Assembly (NCBI GenBank): GCA_965218795.1
Contig: OZ244653.1
Span: forward strand, 4,448,001 to 4,512,000
Source of the DNA: a bacterium
Lineage (GTDB): Bacteria; UBA8248; JACPRG01; G963555815
Length of the DNA: 64,000 bases
Reading direction: 5' to 3'
Numbering within the stretch: position 1 is the stretch's first letter; each line of letters starts with the position of its first letter. The notes under the pieces are model-generated. The model searched no databases. It saw only the letters and a list, made by a program, of their open reading frames with translations, and had not been told where the DNA came from. Positions 59,314 to 64,000 of this stretch are shown in pieces. A program made the position numbers and the translations under genes.

Positions 59314-60930
59314 GTGAAATCCAGAACCCTTCTTGACGTTCGCTCCGTCATGCGCGAGGGCGTCGAAGTGTGGCAGAAATATTTTTTCTGGCCCATCTCG
59401 ATCCATGACGGCCCCCGACTCTACGCTGACTTGAACGATGTTTTAAAGCGGATGATAAAAGAGTGCGCCGACGAGGAGATGAAGAGGGTTTTGGTGGTGG
59501 GTTATCTAGTAGCCTGGGAATGCTGTCAGCCCCTCATGGCCTTGAAGCAGCTTCAATCCCTGGAAGGTCTGGGATATGATCCGGTTCCGGGGTCTCAGTC
59601 CGATCTCTATCGGGCCCTGCTTGAGGGAGAGCCAATCCCCGGCCCCTTGTCAACGAAGATGTGGGATATTTCCCGTCTTCGCTTGAAGACCGCGCTGCGG
59701 ACTCCCATTAACTTCTACTTTTCCTGGAAGTACAACTTGGCGGCCGGCAAGTTGCCGCGACTGGGCGGGTCGAAGGAGGGTCGCCGCTGGGTGGCGCTGT
59801 ATCAGCCGGGGCCCGTTTGCGAGAACTTCATGGCCACCCTCCCCCATTGGGTCCACGTCCGGTTGATTGTCACGTGGTTCAATCATGGCGGCCTCCCTCG
59901 GCTCTCCGATGATTTGGATCGAAGAATTGACCGACAGGTCGAGAAGTGGGTCTCCGGGGTGGAAGAGGTGGCAGAGCGGCACGACGTTCGGGTGAAGGAT
60001 GAGATTCTTGAGCACACCGGGGCTGTGGCTGCCACCATTTTTCGCCGAGTGGCCAAGGACCTGATCCGGGTTCGGGACGCCCTGAGGAGGGAAGGGCCGA
60101 TCCACTACCTGGGCGTCAGCGGCACAAACTATTATTCTCGCATACTGAGTCTTATCGTGTCCGAGCTTGGCGGGACGGTGACGGCCTTTAGTCATGGGGG
60201 AGACACCTGTCGTTACCTGCGGGATTACTCCATTCTCGAGTTCTCCACGTGCGACAACTTTGGGGTCCAGAACGCCAACTGTGCCGGCTTGTTCCAGCAT
60301 GTCTTCGAGGTCTTTCCACCGCCATCGAACCGCCGGGTTCAGTTCCTGGCGGCTGGAGACCCTCAATATCTGTCTGCTTGGCGGCAGAATCGTTCCCGAG
60401 GGGCGCCAACCCGGATCAAGCGGGTCATGTTGATTGGAGAGGCATATCATGGAGATCGATTCCTGCCCTTCCAATATCCGGATTTGGTGAGACTGGATTT
60501 CAAGTGGCGCATTGTTCAGACGCTCCGGACTGCAGGCTATCAGGTGCTGTATAAACAACATCCGGGGGGGATCTTCAGAGGCGAACAGATCGATTGCTTT
60601 CCGCCGGATGTAGAAGTTGTGCGCGCCCCGTTCGAGACAGTGCTGGACCAGGCGGATGCCTTTGTGTTCCCCAACAGCTACTCCACCACCATGCCGTATT
60701 CGCTCTGCACGCAGAAGCCGGTCATTTATCTCCGGACCGGTTTCGAACCTTGGTTGGAACAACCCTATGAGTTGTTCAGCAAAAGGGCGCAGGTTGTGCC
60801 CTGCGGGGTGGATGAGCGAAATCGAATCGAGTTTGACGAGCAGGCGCTCTTGAGAGCCCTCAGGGAAAGACCGGAGAAACCCGACGAGGGGTTCTTGCGT
60901 ACCTATCTCATTCCCGAGGGGCTTTCCTGA
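59314..60930 (+). CDS. Hypothetical GT-B-like glycosyltransferase
   Basis: SHGG, YKQHP and YSTT....L...KPV motifs typical of CMP-ulosonate transferase-like proteins; operon context. Confidence 0.55.
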   Translation: MKSRTLLDVRSVMREGVEVWQKYFFWPISIHDGPRLYADLNDVLKRMIKECADEEMKRVLVVGYLVAWECCQPLMALKQLQSLEGLGYDPVPGSQSDLYRALLEGEPIPGPLSTKMWDISRLRLKTALRTPINFYFSWKYNLAAGKLPRLGGSKEGRRWVALYQPGPVCENFMATLPHWVHVRLIVTWFNHGGLPRLSDDLDRRIDRQVEKWVSGVEEVAERHDVRVKDEILEHTGAVAATIFRRVAKDLIRVRDALRREGPIHYLGVSGTNYYSRILSLIVSELGGTVTAFSHGGDTCRYLRDYSILEFSTCDNFGVQNANCAGLFQHVFEVFPPPSNRRVQFLAAGDPQYLSAWRQNRSRGAPTRIKRVMLIGEAYHGDRFLPFQYPDLVRLDFKWRIVQTLRTAGYQVLYKQHPGGIFRGEQIDCFPPDVEVVRAPFETVLDQADAFVFPNSYSTTMPYSLCTQKPVIYLRTGFEPWLEQPYELFSKRAQVVPCGVDERNRIEFDEQALLRALRERPEKPDEGFLRTYLIPEGLS

Positions 60931-61005
60931 CTTCTTGTTGAGAACGGGTTCGGAAGGGGATTCGATTCGCCCAGTCCGGCGCGCATGGAAGGTTGGTGAC
61001 GCGAT

Positions 61006-62046
61006 GTGGATCGAACCACCGAATGTGGCCTTTTCCGAGCAGGTGGTGACGCCGAGTCGATCCCTTGCTTTTTGGCGGTCCAGGACGGGAGGGCCCTGTT
61101 TGCTTCAGATGTTTCAGCGGTGACGGTCAAGCAATCCCTTGGGACTCTCCTCATCACCGGCGCCAGCGGCCTCTTGGGAAGCAATCTATGCTTTCACTTT
61201 CGAGAGCGTTGGCGCATCGTCGGTTTGTACTGTCAGAATCCCTTGTACATGGAAGAGGTCGAAGGCTGCTCTGTCGATCTGCTGGATTTTCGAACCCTGG
61301 ATGCAATCGGCGACATCGTCCCTGACGTGGTGATTCACATGGCAGCCCATGCGAATGTTGATTCGTGCGAGGCGAATCCGAGCGAAGCGCGGCGGCTCAA
61401 TGTGGGTGCAACGCGGCACCTCAGACATCTTTGGCCCGATGCGTATTTTGTCTATGTTTCCACGGACAGCGTGTACGGCCAAGGGAAAGGGCCTCATCAA
61501 GAAGATGGCGAACTCTGTCCTCTGTCGGTCTATGCCCAAACGAAGCTTGAGGGAGAGGCCGCGGCGATGGAGATCCCCGCCCGGACCTCCGTCCTTCGGA
61601 CGTGCATTTACGGGGTGAACTACCAGACCAAGGAGAGCTTGGCCGAGTGGATGTGGAACCGACTTTCATCGGGTGAGGGTTTCGATGGGTTCACCGACGT
61701 TTATTTTTCGCCGATTCTCGTCAACGACCTGGCTCGGGTTCTCGAGGCCGTTATCGAGCGGCCTCTCAAGGGGACCTACAATGTGGGTTCGGTCGAGGGT
61801 TGTTCAAAGTTCCATTTCGGGCGTCGGTTGGCAAAGCTGGGGCGGTTTGATCCCGCCCTGGCTCGCCCGAAGCAGGGCGGGGCCCTCCAGTTGCGTGCGC
61901 CCAGGCCGTTATCTCCGTTAATGGACGTGGAGAAAGTCCAGCAAGCTCTGGGAAAATCCATGCCGAGCGTGGAGGCGGGGCTCGAGAGTTTTTGCGCGCT
62001 TCTGCAGGGTGGGTATCAGGAGCGGCTCAGAGGAAGCAGGTCGTGA
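61006..62046 (+). CDS. dTDP-4-dehydrorhamnose reductase-like extended SDR
   Basis: ITGASGLLG, VDSCE, STDSVY and YAQTK motifs; true start may be near 61120. Confidence 0.85.
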   Translation: MDRTTECGLFRAGGDAESIPCFLAVQDGRALFASDVSAVTVKQSLGTLLITGASGLLGSNLCFHFRERWRIVGLYCQNPLYMEEVEGCSVDLLDFRTLDAIGDIVPDVVIHMAAHANVDSCEANPSEARRLNVGATRHLRHLWPDAYFVYVSTDSVYGQGKGPHQEDGELCPLSVYAQTKLEGEAAAMEIPARTSVLRTCIYGVNYQTKESLAEWMWNRLSSGEGFDGFTDVYFSPILVNDLARVLEAVIERPLKGTYNVGSVEGCSKFHFGRRLAKLGRFDPALARPKQGGALQLRAPRPLSPLMDVEKVQQALGKSMPSVEAGLESFCALLQGGYQERLRGSRS

Positions 62047-63089
62047 AGCCTGTGATGATAGATAAGCGAAAGGTAGGACCGGGCGAGCCTGCCTTCTTCA
62101 TCGCAGAGGTGGGATCCAACTTCGATGGAGATCTGAAACGTGCACGCCTGTTTGTGGATCTGGCCATTGAGGCCGGAGCCGACGCCGTCAAGTTCCAGAG
62201 CTTTCTCGCAGACCGAATCATTGCGCCGGAGGGTTTCACCCAACAGACGGATTTTCAGGCCCGGTGGAACAAGTCGGTGTATGAGGTGTACTCGGAGAGC
62301 GTTTTCCCCAGGGAATGGCACCGTGAGATCGCCGAGTACAGCCGCGAGCGCGGCATCCTTTTCTTATCGAGTCCTTACGATCTGGAGGCGGTCGAACTGC
62401 TGGTCGAACTGGGTGGGCCCGCTTTGAAAATCGGGTCGGGCGAGATCAACAATCTCACTTTCCTGGACCTTTGCGCCCGGCAGGGCCTTCCCTTGATCGT
62501 CGGGGTGGGGGCCGCCACCTTGGCTGAAGTGGATGAGGCCATGCAGGTGTTCCGTGCCGTCGGCAATGAAGACGTTGTCCTCCTCCAATGCGTGACGAGT
62601 TATCCGAGCGCGTTTGAGGATTCCAACCTGCGGGCCATGGTCGCGATGGGAGAGATGTTCGATGTGCCGGTCGGTTATTCGGACCACACGCCGGGGAACG
62701 TCGTCCCGCTGGGGGCGGTGGCGCTTGGCGGTTGCGTCATCGAAAAGCACATGACCGACGATCGCACCCGCCAGGGCCCGGACCACTCCTTCGCAGTGGA
62801 GGTGGCCGAGTTTCGGCAGATGGTGGAGGACATCCGGAAACTGGAATCAGCCCTGGGCAGCCAGACCAAGGGGGTGATTCCGGCTGAGCACGAAACGGTC
62901 ATCCTTCAGCGGCGTTCGCTATGGGCGGCTCAAGACATCCGAGCCGGGTTCGTTCTCAGCCGGGAAATGGTGGACGTCCTCAGGCCCCAGAAGGGAATCC
63001 TTCCGAAGGATCTGGACAAGGTTTTGGGGCTTCGGCTCACGCGGGACGTCCAGGCCGGTCAGCCACTGACCTGGGAGCACTTCAAATAG
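62043..63089 (+). CDS. N-acetylneuraminate/pseudaminate synthase family (NeuB/PseI/SpsE) with SAF domain
   Basis: IAEVGSN, GADAVKFQ, KIGSGE, GYSDHT, IEKH and GPDH motifs. Confidence 0.95.
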   Translation: MKPVMIDKRKVGPGEPAFFIAEVGSNFDGDLKRARLFVDLAIEAGADAVKFQSFLADRIIAPEGFTQQTDFQARWNKSVYEVYSESVFPREWHREIAEYSRERGILFLSSPYDLEAVELLVELGGPALKIGSGEINNLTFLDLCARQGLPLIVGVGAATLAEVDEAMQVFRAVGNEDVVLLQCVTSYPSAFEDSNLRAMVAMGEMFDVPVGYSDHTPGNVVPLGAVALGGCVIEKHMTDDRTRQGPDHSFAVEVAEFRQMVEDIRKLESALGSQTKGVIPAEHETVILQRRSLWAAQDIRAGFVLSREMVDVLRPQKGILPKDLDKVLGLRLTRDVQAGQPLTWEHFK

Positions 63090-64000
63090 ATGAATGCGGA
63101 GATTCTCGTCCACTGCACCGTGGGGGACCGATCCGGGGCCGGTCATCTTTTTCGGTGCTTGACGCTGCAGACGCCTTGCAGGCGAGGGGATTTGATTCCA
63201 CCTTCCTGCTGGCCGACCCCGCCGCTGCCGCTCAAGGGTGGGTGGAGAACCGAGGGCATCGCCTGGAAGCCTTTTCGTCGGAAGACCCGCCCGAGTGCGG
63301 TCGGATTATCGAAACCTTCCGGAGGGGGAAATTCTCCTTCTTGGTGATGGACGGCTACGTCTACGGAAGTGATCATTTGGCTGAGTTGAGCCGGGCGGGC
63401 ATTCTCACTCTCTATATGGATGACATGATGGAGCTCGGCGAGTACCCGTCCGCTCTGGTCTGCAACCAGAATTTTTATGCGAGCCCGGAGAGTTATCGGG
63501 TTCCGGACAGCACCCGTCTTCTTCTGGGTCCCCGCTTCGCCCTGATTCGCGAAGAGTTTCGACTGGGGCGTGAACAAGGGAACCGGAACGGCTCAGAGAG
63601 GGCTTCTCGATTGCTGATCGCAATGGGGGGATCGGATCCGACGCAACAAACGGACAAGGTGCTTCGGGCCCTGGAAGGTTTGGATCGGAGACTGGAGGTG
63701 ACGGTCGTGGTCGGCGGGTTGAACGCGCGCCTCGCCGAAATTCAGGCCCAGGCCCGATCGCTTCGGGGGCATCAGGTCCGGGTCCTCTTCAGTGTGCAGC
63801 ACATGAGCAAGGTGATGGCAACAGTCGACCTCGTGGTTTCCGCCGCCGGAGACACGAGCTTTGAGTTCTGCATGATGGGGCTGACGGGACTCGTCATCGC
63901 CAACTCACCCCTTCAGATGCGCATTGCCCGCGGTCTTCAGGACCGTGGACTCTTCGTCAATCTGGGATGGTACGAAGACGTGTCAGAAGACTTGATCCAA
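63090..64000 (+). CDS. PseG/SpsG-like UDP-sugar hydrolase or glycosyltransferase, frameshifted near 63167, runs off the window edge
   Basis: GAGHLFRCLTL, then in the -1 frame ADALQARG...MDGY...MDD...NQN...LLGPRFALIREEF...MGGSD...SAAG. Confidence 0.85.

Noticed and set aside
1-64000. rRNA, tRNA (including tRNA-Sec), riboswitches, CRISPR-Cas, prophage or defence genes
   Set aside because: None recognised by eye; a covariance-model search would be needed to exclude small RNAs

Overview
GC-rich bacterial window with two parts joined by an IS3-family element (48264-49533). Left part (1-48263): a dense catabolic and scavenging region apparently for nitrogenous compounds or N-heterocycles. It holds six amidohydrolase-superfamily enzymes, two nitrilase-fold proteins, an amidase, M20 and M24 peptidases, SDRs, two orphan xanthine-oxidase-type Mo subunits, four Rid-family genes (three are triple-domain single chains) and five ABC solute-binding proteins. 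Many spacers are eroded gene remnants. Right part (49534-64000): a surface polysaccharide locus with an EPS-type MarR regulator, a NusG paralogue, an ABC flippase, KpsS-like and GT-B proteins and nonulosonate synthesis genes. Best leads: (1) a split ORF that is probably one 617-aa DUF3179-like selenoprotein (in-frame UGA in U-x-x-C, hairpin just downstream) with a duplicated unknown C-terminal domain; (2) an Asn-Pro-Cys motif in three solute-binding proteins from different families, where it supplies the only mature-chain Cys in two of them, suggesting a shared tag or tethering system; (3) a series of single-chain Rid pseudo-trimers; (4) a Rieske plus amidohydrolase-related putative dimetal oxygenase; (5) nitrilase-fold paralogues with Arg at the catalytic Lys position. 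All calls come from motif recognition by eye; no database searches were run. No rRNA, tRNA or CRISPR array was seen.
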